Source: Eledone cirrhosa
Taxonomy: Eukaryota
Length of the DNA: 64,000 nucleotides
Assembly: GCA_964016885.1 (NCBI GenBank)
Contig: OZ024740.1
Coordinates: forward strand, 216,938,001-217,002,000
Direction of reading: 5' to 3'
Of the stretch, positions 1-14,530 are shown in pieces. The notes under the pieces were generated by a model. It was given only the letters and a program-made list of their open reading frames with translations, did no database searches and was not told the DNA's origin. The first letter of the stretch is position 1, and each line of letters starts with the position of its first letter. The position numbers were made by a program, and so were the translations under genes.

Positions 1-219
1 TTCCTTGAAAATCAATTTTTTGTTGTTTCCCACTCCCCTCCCCTATTTCCCTCTTAGTTATTTGATATATTCTTATCTTTCACCCCCCACACACACACAC
101 ACTATCCCTCATCCCTTCCACAAAGACTTCTACACACATACCATCTTATTTACACACACACACACACACACTATTTCTCATCCCTCCACACAGACCCGTA
201 TACACATAGGGTCATATGT

Positions 220-919
220 ACACACACACACACACACACACATTATCACTGCATTACAAAATTATTGAAATATCTCATATTTTCTTTCTCCCACCTAATA
301 ACACACGTACACACACCTACACACACACACACAGGCACACACACACCTACACACACACACACACACCTACACACACACACACAGACATACACACTCCTAC
401 ACACACACACACACACACACACAGGCATACACACACCTACACACACACAGACGTACACACACCTACACACACACACACCTATACACACACACACACACAC
501 ACACTCCTACACACAGACATACACAAACACACGCACCACAGTAAAAATGTAATATCAGAGAAAGTATAGAAGAGAGAAAGAGTGTGAGTGATTGAGTTGA
601 ATAGGTGAATGTGTAAACAATCTTGGCTGAGATATAGTGAGGGGGGGGGGGGGGGTGAAGTATAGAGAGAGGGGGGACTGAGGTATATAGAGAGAGGGTG
701 GCTGAGATATAGAGAGGGAGGAGGAGATATAGAGAGGGAGGCTGGTGGTGTGTGAATCTCATTGTTTACAATATATACACAGCTTGCTTTTTACAGGAGC
801 CCTTCCAGAGGTGAGCTCAGCTTAGCTCATATATATATATATATAAATATATATATATACACACACACATATGTATATATATATAAACATATATATATAT
901 ATATACACACACACACATG

Positions 920-959
<40 letters not shown>

Positions 960-978
960 TATGTATATATATATAAAC

Positions 979-1013
<35 letters not shown>

Positions 1014-1100
1014 TGTATATATATATATATATATACATACATATATATATATATATATATACATACACATATACACATACATGTGTGTGTATATACACCT
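220..1100. repeat. (CA)n, (GA)n and (TA)n compound microsatellites
   Basis: Visible directly in the sequence. Confidence 0.85.
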
Positions 1101-2739
1101 AGTTAGTCATTTGTGTGTGAGCTTCACTGTAGGTATGGAAGGCCGGGGTGGGGGTGATGGTGGTGGTATTTGTTGTTGTTGGCAGTGGTGGTAGGGATGG
1201 TGGAGGGGGAGTAAAAGAGAGAAATGTGTGTGTGTATGTGTGGGGGGTTATAAGGTAGGAGTAGTTTTTTTGTTTATGTGTAAGGTTTGCTGAGGTAGTT
1301 AAAAGCTGTTTTTCTTTCTCTATAACCTATGTCTATCTAGAGCTGGCAGATTTTTGTTGTTTTCTTTCAGTGACTTTGTCTTTCCATACACCTCTCTCTC
1401 TCTCTATTTCACTCTCTCTACCCCTCTTCCCCTTCCTCCCGTTCGTCTCTGTATTTCTCCCTCTCTATATTCCTCCATCTCCCCCTCTCTATATATCTAT
1501 CTTTCTTTTCCTCCTATTCCTCTCTCTATATCTCTCCCTCACTCACCAACTCTATATATTTGTCCCTCGCTCCTCCTCTATATATATCTTTCTCTGTGTA
1601 TATCTCTCCCTCTCTAAATAACCTCCTCTTCTTTCTATATCTCTCCCTCATCACCCTCTCTCTATCTTTTATATATAGAAATATCTATTTAGGTACAATC
1701 ATGGGTTGTTTGGTTAAGAGGGTTTCTTTGAGACAAGGGAATTCTTGGTTCAATCCCACTGCGTAACATGTGCTTGTGTCTTCTACGGTAGCTTCTATAT
1801 TGACCAATACCTTGTGTGAAATTTTGGTTAGATGGAAAACTCTATGGAAATCCATTTATCATTATTTTTATGTTTGTGCCTCCAGCTTGCATGGGTTGGA
1901 TGGATCAGTCACAGCATTCCTCCATTCTTTGCTTGTGTCTTCTACAGTAGCTTCTACATTCACCAATCACAGCATCCCTCCATTCTTTGCTTTTCTTTAT
2001 TACCTCCTCTTTTGAGATCCAGTCTCATCACTTCTGCTCAAATTGTCCTTGGCCTTCCTCTACTGCAGTTTCCTTCCACTGAGAATGCCAACAATAATCC
2101 TCCATATCTGCACAATCTTCTCTATTGCACCCTATCTTTTATTCTTCTTATATTCAGTTTCTCATCCCATCCATGCTTCATTGTACATGTACATTAACCC
2201 TTTAGCATTTACATTACTCTATATTTACTATTGTATATTCATGGTAAACACTTAACCTCACATAATTATCTCGCATAATATTGAATCTATTGAATCTATG
2301 ACATTTTGATGTTATTTATTTTTAGAATACCTTAACATAAGTATGAGCAGCTGGTCATGGCTAGTTTGAATAGAAAGAGGTGAGAGAATTCTGGTTAGAT
2401 ACGGCCAGTTTAAATGCTAGAGGGCTAACATCACACTTCCATCGAAACATACTTGCTTCATTTTGCCTATATTCTCAACATTTGCTACCCATATTTCACT
2501 TCCATGCAACTTCATACACAAGCATCATCCAGTACTTGAATGCGTCTATATTTATGTATGTTCATATATGCATGTGTAAATCAGTGTGTTGAGTTACATC
2601 CTTTTATGTCAAAAAAATTATATATTCGTGTACAGATATTTTTGCATACACAATAACAAAATATAAACAAACATATTTATTTCACGAGGCTAGATAAGGA
2701 TAAATATATATATCAAATATATAAGAACCCTAGAGCATA

Positions 2740-2769
2740 TCCCGAGCAACGCCGGCCCATTCTGCTAGT
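2740..2769 (+). mobile_element. Probable Helitron 3' terminus
   Basis: GC hairpin ccgagcaacgccgg followed after ~9 nt by CTAG-T. Confidence 0.45.
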
Positions 2770-4427
2770 TTGATATAAAACTCATGAATGCATATAATTT
2801 AGTCATTTTATAAGTAATTAAATAAATACCAGGTAGTATACAGTCCAGTAACTTAATTCAATAAAAGAATATATCATCATCACCCTCATAATCACTTTCA
2901 TGTTCCCTTTCCCATGGTGTCATGGTTTGGACTGAATATTTTGAGTATTTAATAGCTGATGTTCATTCTTTTAATGTTCCCTTATGTTGAAATCATAATA
3001 CTGGATCTTCCTTCATCATATTAAAAATTTCCAATATGTCTTTAAGTTCTTGTTAAAGATAAGGTTGTTTCCAGCATAACATTGTAAAATATATCATGAC
3101 AACCAGAATAATACTATAGAATATATATCTCTATACTTCTCTATCTCAGCAATATTCACTAGGTATTGATGGCAGTTGGTTTTTCTGCTCATTTCCCTTG
3201 GGTTTTTTCCTTAATTTTAAAAGTATTGCTTGTGTGTGTGAAATAACATTGGTATATACTGAAATCTAATTACTTTAGTTAGTCTTTCTTTTGCTGTCAA
3301 TATTTTACACCCATATTACTCTGCACTTTTAACTTACTCATACAAACATCTCGTAATATAACTAATTTTTGCATTAAAGCTGGTGTTTAAAACTTAAGGA
3401 TTTTTGCATAAAATTTTAATGGAAGGTTTTTAGATATAAACTCTTTAACCTTTTTGTTATCATATTTCTAATGAAAGACATAACCTATAATTTTCAAATA
3501 ATTTAGCAAATAATCGAGAATTTAGAAGGATTTAGTAATATAACTCTCTCTTTATAAAGTCAATGTTTGAAATATGACTTATATAAAACTACAATGGAAG
3601 TATTTTTAGGTAAATATAGGTACTTTATGATAGAACCAGGGGTATTCAGGGCCAGACATTCACCTGCTGAAGTCCTTCTCTAAAAAAAATGAAATTATTA
3701 TTTTTTATATTAATGTTAATGCTAAAAAATAAATAAATAATATATATATGATTTTTGATGTTAAATAGTAAAAACTAACAATAAAATTAAAATACATTTT
3801 AGAAATAAGGCCCCAAGTGTGTGTGGCCCTAAGCTATATCTTATTAAACTTATAGGTAATTCCAGCACTGGAAGTAGTTTCGGGCAGTTTGTCACAGAAA
3901 GAGCTAAAATAAACAGCTTAATGTCATAGAACCAGGGGCATTTCTAAGTGATTTTGTAACGAAAAGGTTAAGGTCCTCAAACATGATGTTTATCATTAGA
4001 TTTACTACCATCCAATATTAAACATATTATTAAGATAATAGAATCTTCTGTACATACCAAAACTCTCATAAACTATTCATGCTCTGTAATTCTATCACTG
4101 CTGTACTGCCTCTTAAAGTATACCTTTCTCTTCATTCTGCCAAAGATCCCTCTACACTTGTTGTATATACCTATTACTAGCACTAATTACACAACACACA
4201 CTTCTTGCCCTTTCTTGTATACACTGAACAAATGTTTTAACTTTTCTGCTATTTGATTATTTTCATCCTTGCTACTAATTAATACCTAAGTCTTAACCAT
4301 GTTTACATTGAATCTCTTCTCTGTCTGTCTGTTCACCCCCCTCCCCCCATCTCTCTCCCAAAAGCATTCATTTATTCATCCTTTGAGAGCTATTAAAATA
4401 CAGTACCTTGTGCTATTTGTTCTGGCT

Positions 4428-7400
4428 CTTTGAGTACCTCTGTGGTAGTCTTAATATATTACCAGGTTTACACTACCATCTAGTTTTTCAGTTCCTGTGT
4501 GGTAATCTTAATCTATTACCAGGTTTACCATTACCATCTAGTTTTTCAGTTCCTGTGTGGTAATCTTAATCTATTACCAGGTTTACCACTACCATCTAGT
4601 TTTTCAGTTCCTGTGTGGTAATCTTAATCTATTACCAGGTTTACCATTACCATCTAGTTCTTGAGTACCTCTGTGGTAGTCTTAATCTATTACCAGGTTT
4701 ACCACTACCATCTAGTTCTTCAGTTCCTGTGTGGTAATCTTAATCTATTACCAGGTTTACCATTACCATCTAGTTCTTCAGTACCTCTGTGGTAGTCTTA
4801 ATCTATTACCAGGTTTACCACTACCATCTAGTTCTTCAGTTCCTGTGTGGTAGTCTTAATCTATTACCAGGTTTACCATTACCATCTAGTTCTTCAGTTC
4901 CTGTGTGGTAGTCTTAATCTATTACCAGGTTTACCACTACCATCTAGTTCTTCAGTTCCTGTGTGGTAGTCTTAATCTATTACCAGGTTTACCACTACCA
5001 TCGAGTTCTTCAGTTCCTGTGTGGTAGTCTTAATCTATTACCAGGTTTACCATTACCATCTAGTTCTTCAGTTCCTGTGTGGTAGTCTTAATCTATTACC
5101 AGGTTTACCATTACCATCTAGTTCTTCAGTTCCTGTGTGGTAGTCTTAATCTATTACCAGGTTTACCATTACCATCTAGTTCTTGAGTACCTCTGTGGTA
5201 GTCTTAATCTATTACCAGGTTTACCATTACCATCTAGTTCTTCAGTTCCTCTGTGGTAGTCTTAATCTATTACCAGGTTTACCATTACCATCTAGTTCTT
5301 CAGTTCCTCTGTGGTAGTCTTAATCTATTACCAGGTTTACCATTACCATCTAGTTCTTCAGTTCCTGTGTGGTAGTCTTAATCTATTACCAGGTTTACCA
5401 TTACCATCTAGTTCTTCAGTTCCTGTGTGGTAGTCTTAATCTATTACCAGGTTTACCACTACCATCTAGTTCTTCAGTTCCTGTGTGGTAGTCTTAATCT
5501 ATTACCAGGTTTACCATTACCATCTAGTTCTTCAGTTCCTGTGTGGTAGTCTTAATCTATTACCTGGTTTACCATTACCATCTAGTTCTTCAGTTCCTGT
5601 GTGGTAGTCTTAATCTATTACCAGGTTTACCATTACCATCTAGTTCTTGAGTACCTCTGTGGTAGTCTTAATCTATTACCAGGTTTACCATTACCATCTA
5701 GTTCTTCAGTTCCTCTGTGGTAGTCTTAATCTATTACCAGGTTTACCATTACCATCTAGTTCTTCAGTTCCTGTGTGGTAGTCTTAATCTATTACCAGGT
5801 TTACCATTACCATCTAGTTCTTCAGTTCCTGTGTGGTAGTCTTAATCTATTACCAGGTTTACCATTACCATCTAGTTCTTCAGTTCCTGTGTGGTAGTCT
5901 TAATCTATTACCAGGTTTACCATTACCATCTAGTTCTTCAGTTCCTGTGTGGTAGTCTTAATCTATTACCTGGTTTACCATTACCATCTAGTTCTTCAGT
6001 TCCTGTGTGGTAATCTTAATCTATTACCAGGTTTACCACTACCATCTAGTTCTTCAGTTCCTGTGTGGTAGTCTTAATCTATTACCAGGTTTACCACTAC
6101 CATCTAGTTCTTCAGTTCCTCTGTGGTAGTCTTAATCTATTACCAGGTTTACCATTACCATCTAGTTCTTCAGTTCCTCTGTGGTAGTCTTAATCTATTA
6201 CCAGGTTTACCATTACCATCTAGTTCTTCAGTTCCTGTGTGGTAGTCTTAATCTATTACCAGGTTTACCATTACCATCTAGTTCTTCAGTTCCTGTGTGG
6301 TAGTCTTAATCTATTACCAGGTTTACCACTACCATCTAGTTCTTCAGTTCCTGTGTGGTAGTCTTAATCTATTACCAGGTTTACCATTACCATCTAGTTC
6401 TTCAGTTCCTGTGTGGTAGTCTTAATCTATTACCTGGTTTACCATTACCATCTAGTTCTTCAGTTCCTGTGTGGTAGTCTTAATCTATTACCAGGTTTAC
6501 CATTACCATCTAGTTCTTGAGTACCTCTGTGGTAGTCTTAATCTATTACCAGGTTTACCATTACCATCTAGTTCTTCAGTTCCTCTGTGGTAGTCTTAAT
6601 CTATTACCAGGTTTACCATTACCATCTAGTTCTTCAGTTCCTGTGTGGTAGTCTTAATCTATTACCAGGTTTACCATTACCATCTAGTTCTTCAGTTCCT
6701 GTGTGGTAGTCTTAATCTATTACCAGGTTTACCATTACCATCTAGTTCTTCAGTTCCTGTGTGGTAGTCTTAATCTATTACCAGGTTTACCATTACCATC
6801 TAGTTCTTCAGTTCCTGTGTGGTAGTCTTAATCTATTACCTGGTTTACCATTACCATCTAGTTCTTCAGTTCCTGTGTGGTAATCTTAATCTATTACCAG
6901 GTTTACCACTACCATCTAGTTCTTCAGTTCCTGTGTGGTAGTCTTAATCTATTACCAGGTTTACCACTACCATCTAGTTCTTCAGTTCCTGTGTGGTAGT
7001 CTTAATCTATTACCAGGTTTACCACTACCATCTAGTTCTTCAGTTCCTGTGTGGTAGTCTTAATCTATTACCAGGTTTACCACTACCATCTAGTTCTTCA
7101 GTTCCTGTGTGGTAGTCTTAATCTATTACCAGGTTTACCATTACCATCTAGTTCTTCAGTTCCTGTGTGGTAGTCTTAATCTATTACCAGGTTTACCATT
7201 ACCATCTAGTTCTTCAGTTCCTGTGTGGTAATCTTAATCTATTACCAGGTTTACCATTACCATCTAGTTCTTCAGTTCCTGTGTGGTAATCTTAATCTAT
7301 TACCAGGTTTACCATAACCATCTAGTTCTTCAGTTCCTGTGTGGTAGTCTTAATCTATTACCAGGTTTACCACTACCATCTAGTTCTTCAGTTCCTGTGT

Positions 7401-9010
7401 GGTAGTCTTAATCTATTACCAGGTTTACCATTACCATCTAGTTCTTCAGTTCCTGTGTGGTAGTCTTAATCTATTACCAGGTTTACCACTACCATCTAGT
7501 TCTTCAGTTCCTGTGTGGTAGTCTTAATCTATTACCAGGTTTACCATTACCATCTAGTTCTTCAGTTCCTGTGTGGTAGTCTTAATCTATTACCAGGTTT
7601 ACCATTACCATCTAGTTCTTCAGTTCCTGTGTGGTAGTCTTAATCTATTACCTGGTTTACCATTACCATCTAGTTCTTCAGTTCCTGTGTGGTAATCTTA
7701 ATCTATTACCAGGTTTACCACTACCATCTAGTTCTTCAGTTCCTGTGTGGTAGTCTTAATCTATTACCAGGTTTACCACTACCATCTAGTTCTTCAGTTC
7801 CTGTGTGGTAGTCTTAATCTATTACCAGGTTTACCACTACCATCTAGTTCTTCAGTTCCTGTGTGGTAGTCTTAATCTATTACCAGGTTTACCACTACCA
7901 TCTAGTTCTTCAGTTCCTGTGTTGTAGTCTTAATCTATTACCAGGTTTACCATTACCATCTAGTTCTTCAGTTCCTGTGTGGTAGTCTTAATCTATTACC
8001 AGGTTTACCATTACCATCTAGTTCTTCAGTTCCTGTGTGGTAGTCTTAATCTATTACCAGGTTTACCATTACCATCTAGTTCTTCAGTTCCTGTGTGGTA
8101 ATCTTAATCTATTACCAGGTTTACCATTACCATCTAGTTCTTCAGTTCCTGTGTGGTAATCTTAATCTATTACCAGGTTTACCATAACCATCTAGTTCTT
8201 CAGTTCCTGTGTGGTAGTCTTAATCTATTACCAGGTTTACCACTACCATCTAGTTCTTCAGTTCCTGTGTGGTAGTCTTAATCTATTACCAGGTTTACCA
8301 TTACCATCTAGTTCTTCAGTTCCTGTGTGGTAGTCTTAATCTATTACCAGGTTTACCACTACCATCTAGTTCTTCAGTTCCTGTGTGGTAGTCTTAATCT
8401 ATTACCAGGTTTACCATTACCATCTAGTTCTTCAGTTCCTGTGTGGTAGTCTTAATCTATTACCAGGTTTACCACTACCATCTAGTTCTTCAGTTCCTGT
8501 GTGGTAGTCTTAATCTATTACCAGGTTTACCACTACCATCTAGTTCTTCAGTTCCTGTGTGGTAGTCTTAATCTATTACCAGGTTTACCATTACCATCTA
8601 GTTCTTCAGTTCCTGTGTGGTAATCTTAATCTATTACCAGGTTTACCATTACCATCTAGTTCTTCAGTTCCTGTGTGGTAATCTTAATCTATTACCAGGT
8701 TTACCATTACCATCTAGTTCTTCAGTTCCTGTGTGGTAGTCAGATCTATTACCAGGTTTACCACTACCATCTAGTTCTTCAGTTCCTGTGTGGTAGTCTT
8801 AATCTATTACCAGGTTTACCACTACCATCTAGTTCTTCAGTTCCTGTGTGGTAGTCTTAATCTATTACCAGGTTTACCATTACCATCTAGTTCTTCAGTT
8901 CCTGTGTGGTAGTCTTAATCTATTACCAGGTTTACCATTACCATCTAGTTCTTCAGTTCCTGTGTGGTAGTCTTAAGCTATTACCAGGTTTACCACTACC
9001 ATCTAGTTCT
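4428..9010. repeat. 58-bp minisatellite, ~79 copies
   Basis: Unit agttcttcagttcctgtgtggtagtcttaatctattaccaggtttaccattaccatct. Confidence 0.97.
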
Positions 9011-9477
9011 TTGGATGCTTTTAGCAGAGTTTACTCTGTTGCAAATATTCTCATCGGGTCTTTTATTTAACCCCTTTGATACCAAACTGCCTGATACTGC
9101 CCCTGGTTGTATGATTCAAAGATATTTATTTTAAAGTGTTTATATTTATCTAAAGACCTTCCATCACAATTTTATGTAAGAACCTTTGTTGAGTTTTGCT
9201 CCAAACACTCAACTTAATAATGAGAGACTTAGTTATATTACTAAATGCATCCAAACTTTTAATTATTTTCAAAATTATTTAAAAATTATCTGCAGTGACC
9301 CAGCATGGCGTATAATAATAGAACAATCTATTTTACATTACTAAATCACTCAAATTCTCAATTATTTTCAAAAGTATTTGAAAATCACAGACAGTATCTT
9401 TCATTAAAAATATCATAATGAAAAGGTTATGGGTAATTTGTTCACTTCCTGTCACCAATTTAGGAGGTATTGAATAA

Positions 9478-9666
9478 ATAATTGTTTCTATTTTAGGCAC
9501 AAGGCCAGCAATTACCCAGTACATTACTGGTACTTTATTTTATCGACCCCGTAAGGATGAAAGGCAAAGTTAACCTCAGCGGGATTTGAACTCAGATTAT
9601 AAAGGGACGTAACTCTATGCTTCAAAGCATGGAGTCCGACTCTCTACCGATACTGCCAATCCACCA
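9478..9666 (-). mobile_element. SINE family B copy
   Basis: Reverse complement of 25679-25870. Confidence 0.8.
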
Positions 9667-10871
9667 ATAATGGGTTATAAGTAGCCTTTCCCTCCCTAAC
9701 TAAACAGTATTTTTATTTTTCATTTATTTATTTTTTTAAATAAACAAGCACTGATTGATTCTGCAATAAAAACTAAACTGAACTTCTTTACAATTACCTA
9801 ATGGATAGATTAAGAGAAATAGGTTACAGGCAAAGTGGTGAGAAATATCTACCTGTGTATTAAACCATTCATTATCATATTTCTAATGAAAGATACTGCC
9901 TATGATTTTCAAATCATTTTGAAAATAATGAAGAATGTGGAAAGATTTAATTATATAACTAACTTTCTCATTGTATACTGATGCTTAGAGCATAACTTTA
10001 CAGAAGTTCTGATGTAAAATTATGATGAAAGGATTTTAGAAAGCTTGCGAAATAAAGGCTTTTGAGGACCCTTCAGTCATGTCAGCCTCACTAGTGTTGG
10101 TGATCTATATGATAAATCTACTCAATACACGCTGTAAAATGGTTGGTGACAGGAAGGGCATCCAGCTGTACATAGAAAGCTTGTCAAACAAAGGGTTAGG
10201 AGGATCTTCAGTTGCATCGAGACAACAAATCTCTGGCTTGTCTGGGAGATCAATAGCCACCACTTCTGCACTTACATGGTCTATGTAGACCTGTCCAACC
10301 CTTACTAGCAGGGACAGCTGACATTAAAACGATGATGATGATGATTATTATTAATATTAAAACTTTCAAACAGTTTTGTATTGTTGAATCTAGAGACAGT
10401 TTCAGGTGATTTGTTACAAAAACTCATTGTGTTCTGTCCCTACATTTAGCAATCTCATCTCCCTTTATTGGTCTCTGTTGTTCTCAGCAGTTCTGGGGTT
10501 CCACAGAGTGACACATCCTCCTGGGTCATCAAATACAATTTAAAATTGCTTCATCTTAGCAGTTTTTAGTTGCCCTACATTTATTACTTCCACAAGACCA
10601 AACTTTTTTCTGCCCACCTTACTCTCATAGGATTCTATTTACATTCTGTCTCTCACTCTCTCTCTCACTCCCCCCTCTCTCTCTCCCACTGTCTCTCTCA
10701 CTCTCTCTCACTCCCCCCTCTCTCTCCTACTGTCTCTCTCACTCTCTCTCACTCACTCTCTATGTTTCCCCACTCTCTCTGTTCAACAGAGTTCTCTTTA
10801 AATCTAGATCTACCTCTAGAAACAGTTAATAATGATTTACTGCTGATATTCACTGTTTGTATGTCCTTATT

Positions 10872-11835
10872 AGATCACCACCATTATCACCACCACAACT
10901 ACTATCACCTCCATCACGACTACCACAACCACCACCATTACCACAACTATCACTGTTATAACCACCACCACTACCACTAGGACTACCACAACTACCACCA
11001 CCATCACCACCACCACCATCATGACTACCACAACTACCACCACCACCATCACCACCACCACCATCATGACTACCACAACTACTACCACCACCATCACCAC
11101 CACCACCACTACTACTACCACCACCATCATGACTACCACAACTACCACCACCATCACCACCACCACCATCACCACCATGACTACTACAACTACTACCACC
11201 ACCATCACCACCACCACCACCACCATCATGACTACCACAACTACCACCACCATCATGACTACCACAACTACTACCACCACCATCATGACTACCACAACTA
11301 CCACCACCATCACCACCACCACTACCACCACCATCATGACTACCACAACTACCACCACCATCACCACCATCACCATCACCACCACCATCACCACCACAAC
11401 TACCACAACTACCACCACCATCACCATCACCACCACCTCCACCACCATCACCACCACCACCACCACCACCACTAGGACTACCACAACTACCACCACCATC
11501 ACCACCACCACCACCATCATGACTACCACAACTACTACCACCACCATCACCAACACACCACTACCACCACCATCATGACTACCAAAACTACTACCATCAC
11601 CATCACCAACACACCACTACCACCACCATCATGACTACTACCACCACCACCACCACCACCACCACCACTACCACCACCATCATGACTACCAAAACTACTA
11701 CCACCACCATCACCAACACACCACTACCACCACCATCATGACTACTACCACCACCACCACCACCACCACCACCACCACCACTACCACAACCATCATGACC
11801 ACCACCACTTTCATCATCATCATCATCATCATCAT
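10872..11835. repeat. (ACC/ACT/ATC)n compound trinucleotide repeat
   Basis: Recurring catcatgactaccacaactaccaccac. Confidence 0.9.
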
Positions 11836-12139
11836 TTGAAATGTCTGTGGTCAGTGGTCATTTCAGCCCCTTTCTTACTGTGATATCCGATCTGACCACT
11901 TCTTTCTTCTCAATTATATTGTTTTCTGTGGTCAATCTTCTCCCCTAGAAGTGTTCCATTAGTTTACTTCTACAATATAAGTTGATGATTGCTTCCTATG
12001 TTGGTCAGCTGATGAAAACACTGCAACCTGTCCAAGCTATTTCAGCCACTTGTTCCTTAACTGACTGCTCCCCCTCTCACCCTCATGACAGAAACTTACT
12101 TCATAAATGGATTGGGAGTTTGTATTAAGTTAAGCAACC

Positions 12140-12166
12140 ATAGTCATCATCACCATCACCATCACC

Positions 12167-12197
<31 letters not shown>

Positions 12198-12555
12198 CCA
12201 TCACCATCATTATCATCATCGCCATTTTCATCATCAACACTATCATCATAATTGTCATCATCATTATCGCTATCATCATCATCATCATCACCATCACCAC
12301 CATCACTCTCATTATCATCGTCACCACTTTCTTTCATCATCAGCGCTGTCATCATAATTGTCACCATCATCATCATCACCACTATCGTCAGCAACATCAC
12401 CATCATCATTATCACTATCATCACAATTGTCATCATCATCATCATCATCATCATCATTATTATCATTAACACTGTCATCATCATCATCATTATCATTGTC
12501 ATCATTATCACTATCATCATAATTATAATCATCATCATCAACACTATCATCACTA
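12140..12555. repeat. (CAT)n degenerate microsatellite
   Basis: Visible directly in the sequence. Confidence 0.9.
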
Positions 12556-13470
12556 AACACACTCACAAACCTGTACAATCTGAGATAGGTTTTGGCTGTT
12601 TGGCTGGAACTATCAGTAAGTTAACAGCGCCACCTGGTCAGTAAATATAATGAATGTTGTATTTAATTCTAAACATTTAATATACAAGATGTTTAGATTT
12701 AACATGTCACGTTGTACAACTGTAAATTCCTGAAGGACATTTCTTCTTATAAGGTTTGAATGTGGTTTAGATTTTTAAATTGTTTCATATATATTGTGTA
12801 AGGATATTGAAGAGCTTAACAGTTCTTTCTTTGGCCAGATGTAGATTAAAAATACATAGAGAGAAAAGTGGACCCAGGCAGGTAATCAAGTCATGCTTGG
12901 TCCTAGTGTGTGAGGCCAGTGATCCATGACACAATAGGACACCCAGGACTGAAACATATAGAGTGGAGTGGTCTGGGGAATGGAAGTGATGGGTGATGGG
13001 TGTATCCCTGCCAAAGGGGTGAGGATGGTGTCTAAGTCTCTGCAGATGAGTTCAATAGGTTAGTTGCACAAGGAAACATCATCATTACCATCATCATCAT
13101 CACTGTTTAGTATCCATTTTTCCATGCTGGCACTGTTAGACGTGTCATCCACGCTGGGAGAATTGGCCATGCTGTACCTTGCCCCGTTGAGGACTGTAAA
13201 TTTGGCCAGATATTTTACAGCGGGATGCCCTTCCTGACACCAACCACATTTACAGTGTGGACATATATATATATATATAGGAACGAGTAGGACCCTCACG
13301 GCTGAGCTCAAGCCGTTTCGACGGCTAATTCTGAGTCCAGAATTAGCCGTCGAAACGGCTTGAGCTCAGCCGTCAGGATCCTACTCATTCCTATTACCCA
13401 CTCTACTACCCTAAGTATTGAGTACTTTGGTGCGTTATGGTCCACCTGGTTCCTTACCACATTTCCTTCG

Positions 13471-13524
<54 letters not shown>

Positions 13525-13559
13525 ATATTAAATAAATGGAAACTATATTTATAAAACCA

Positions 13560-13620
13560 TATTCTATTATATATATTTCAAGGATACCAACATTTTGGTA
13601 CGCTCTCATCAGATAAAATA
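13560..13620 (-). ncRNA. Minimal type I hammerhead motif in inverted arm
   Basis: Minus strand: TATTTTAT-CTGATGA-GAGCGTACCAA..TTGGTATCCTT-GAA-ATATATAT-A-ATAGAATA. Confidence 0.62.
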
Positions 13621-13780
13621 CAAAGTGTGTTTTATCAATTTTGACATAACAAAGGAGAATATACCTTAACGGTTCAAGTTATCCAAGGATAACTTATAGC
13701 ACTTATAGTTATCCAAGGATAACTTGAACCGTTAAGGTATATTCTCCTTGGTTATGTCAAAATTGATAAAACACACTTCG

Positions 13781-13841
13781 TATTTTATCTGATGATAGGG
13801 TACCAAAATTTTGGTACCCTTGAAATATATATAATGGAATA
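13781..13841 (+). ncRNA. Minimal type I hammerhead motif (first stem II pair mismatched)
   Basis: TATTTTAT-CTGATGA-TAGGGTACCA..TGGTACCCTT-GAA-ATATATAT-A-ATGGAATA. Confidence 0.6.
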
Positions 13842-14031
13842 AATATGGTTTTATAAATATAGCTTCCATTTATTTAATATCATTGTATATTATACTCCAT
13901 AAAATCTGTTGAGTGCTCTGAATCAGTTATAAACATTTATATTTGTTGAATTACCAACAAATTGAATATCCTTTCTACTTATATATATATACGATATTAA
14001 CAAATGGAAACTATATTTATAAAACCATATT

Positions 14032-14095
14032 TATTTCATTATACATTTTCAAGGACACCAAGTTAAATTATGGTGTGCTTTCATCAGATAAAATA
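14032..14095 (-). ncRNA. Hammerhead motif in inverted arm, 1-nt deletion in stem III
   Basis: Reverse complement of 14338-14402, but with GAAAATGTATA in place of GAAATATGTATA. Confidence 0.5.
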
Positions 14096-14337
14096 TAATA
14101 TAGAGCAGTTTTATAAATAAATATTGACATACCCTTAAAGAATGCAACCATTACTGTTGGAAGCTCTCTCTCTCTTTCTCTTTCTTCGTAACCCAACGGC
14201 TTATTTAAAAATATCCAATACTAACTTACCTAATAGTATAATTAAAGTTATAACTCCACTATCCGGGAGCTTCCAACAGTAATGGTTGCATTCTTTAAGG
14301 GTATGTCAATATTTATTTATAAAACTGCTCTATATTA

Positions 14338-14402
14338 TATTTTATCTGATGAAAGCACACCATAATTTAACTTGGTGTCCTTGAAATATGTATAATGAAA
14401 TA
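14338..14402 (+). ncRNA. Minimal type I hammerhead motif
   Basis: TATTTTAT-CTGATGA-AAGCACACCA..TGGTGTCCTT-GAA-ATATGTAT-A-ATGAAATA, giving an 8-bp stem I, a 9/10-bp stem II and a near-palindromic stem III. Confidence 0.7.
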
Positions 14403-14530
14403 AATATGGTTTTATAGATATAGTTTCCATTTGTTAATATTGTATTTTTACTCCAATTATTTGTTGAGTGCTTTATATCAGTTATAAAAATATTTGCTTG
14501 TTGTATCCCAACAATTTAAATGGAACTTTT

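Larger units (their letters stand above)
13517..13980 (+). mobile_element. (TA)n-flanked fold-back element, Penelope-like pLTR remnant (variant 1)
   Basis: Inverted arms ~13517-13695 and ~13707-13890 are followed by a unique 3' extension. There is (TA)n on both sides and a hammerhead motif in each arm. Confidence 0.6.

Noticed and set aside
4428-9010. CRISPR-like array (also considered for the other two large arrays)
   Set aside because: The units are head-to-tail with no unique spacers, there are no cas genes, and the context is eukaryotic.
10870-12644. Poly-Thr, poly-Val, poly-His and poly-Asp ORFs
   Set aside because: Trinucleotide microsatellite artefacts with no splice or domain evidence.
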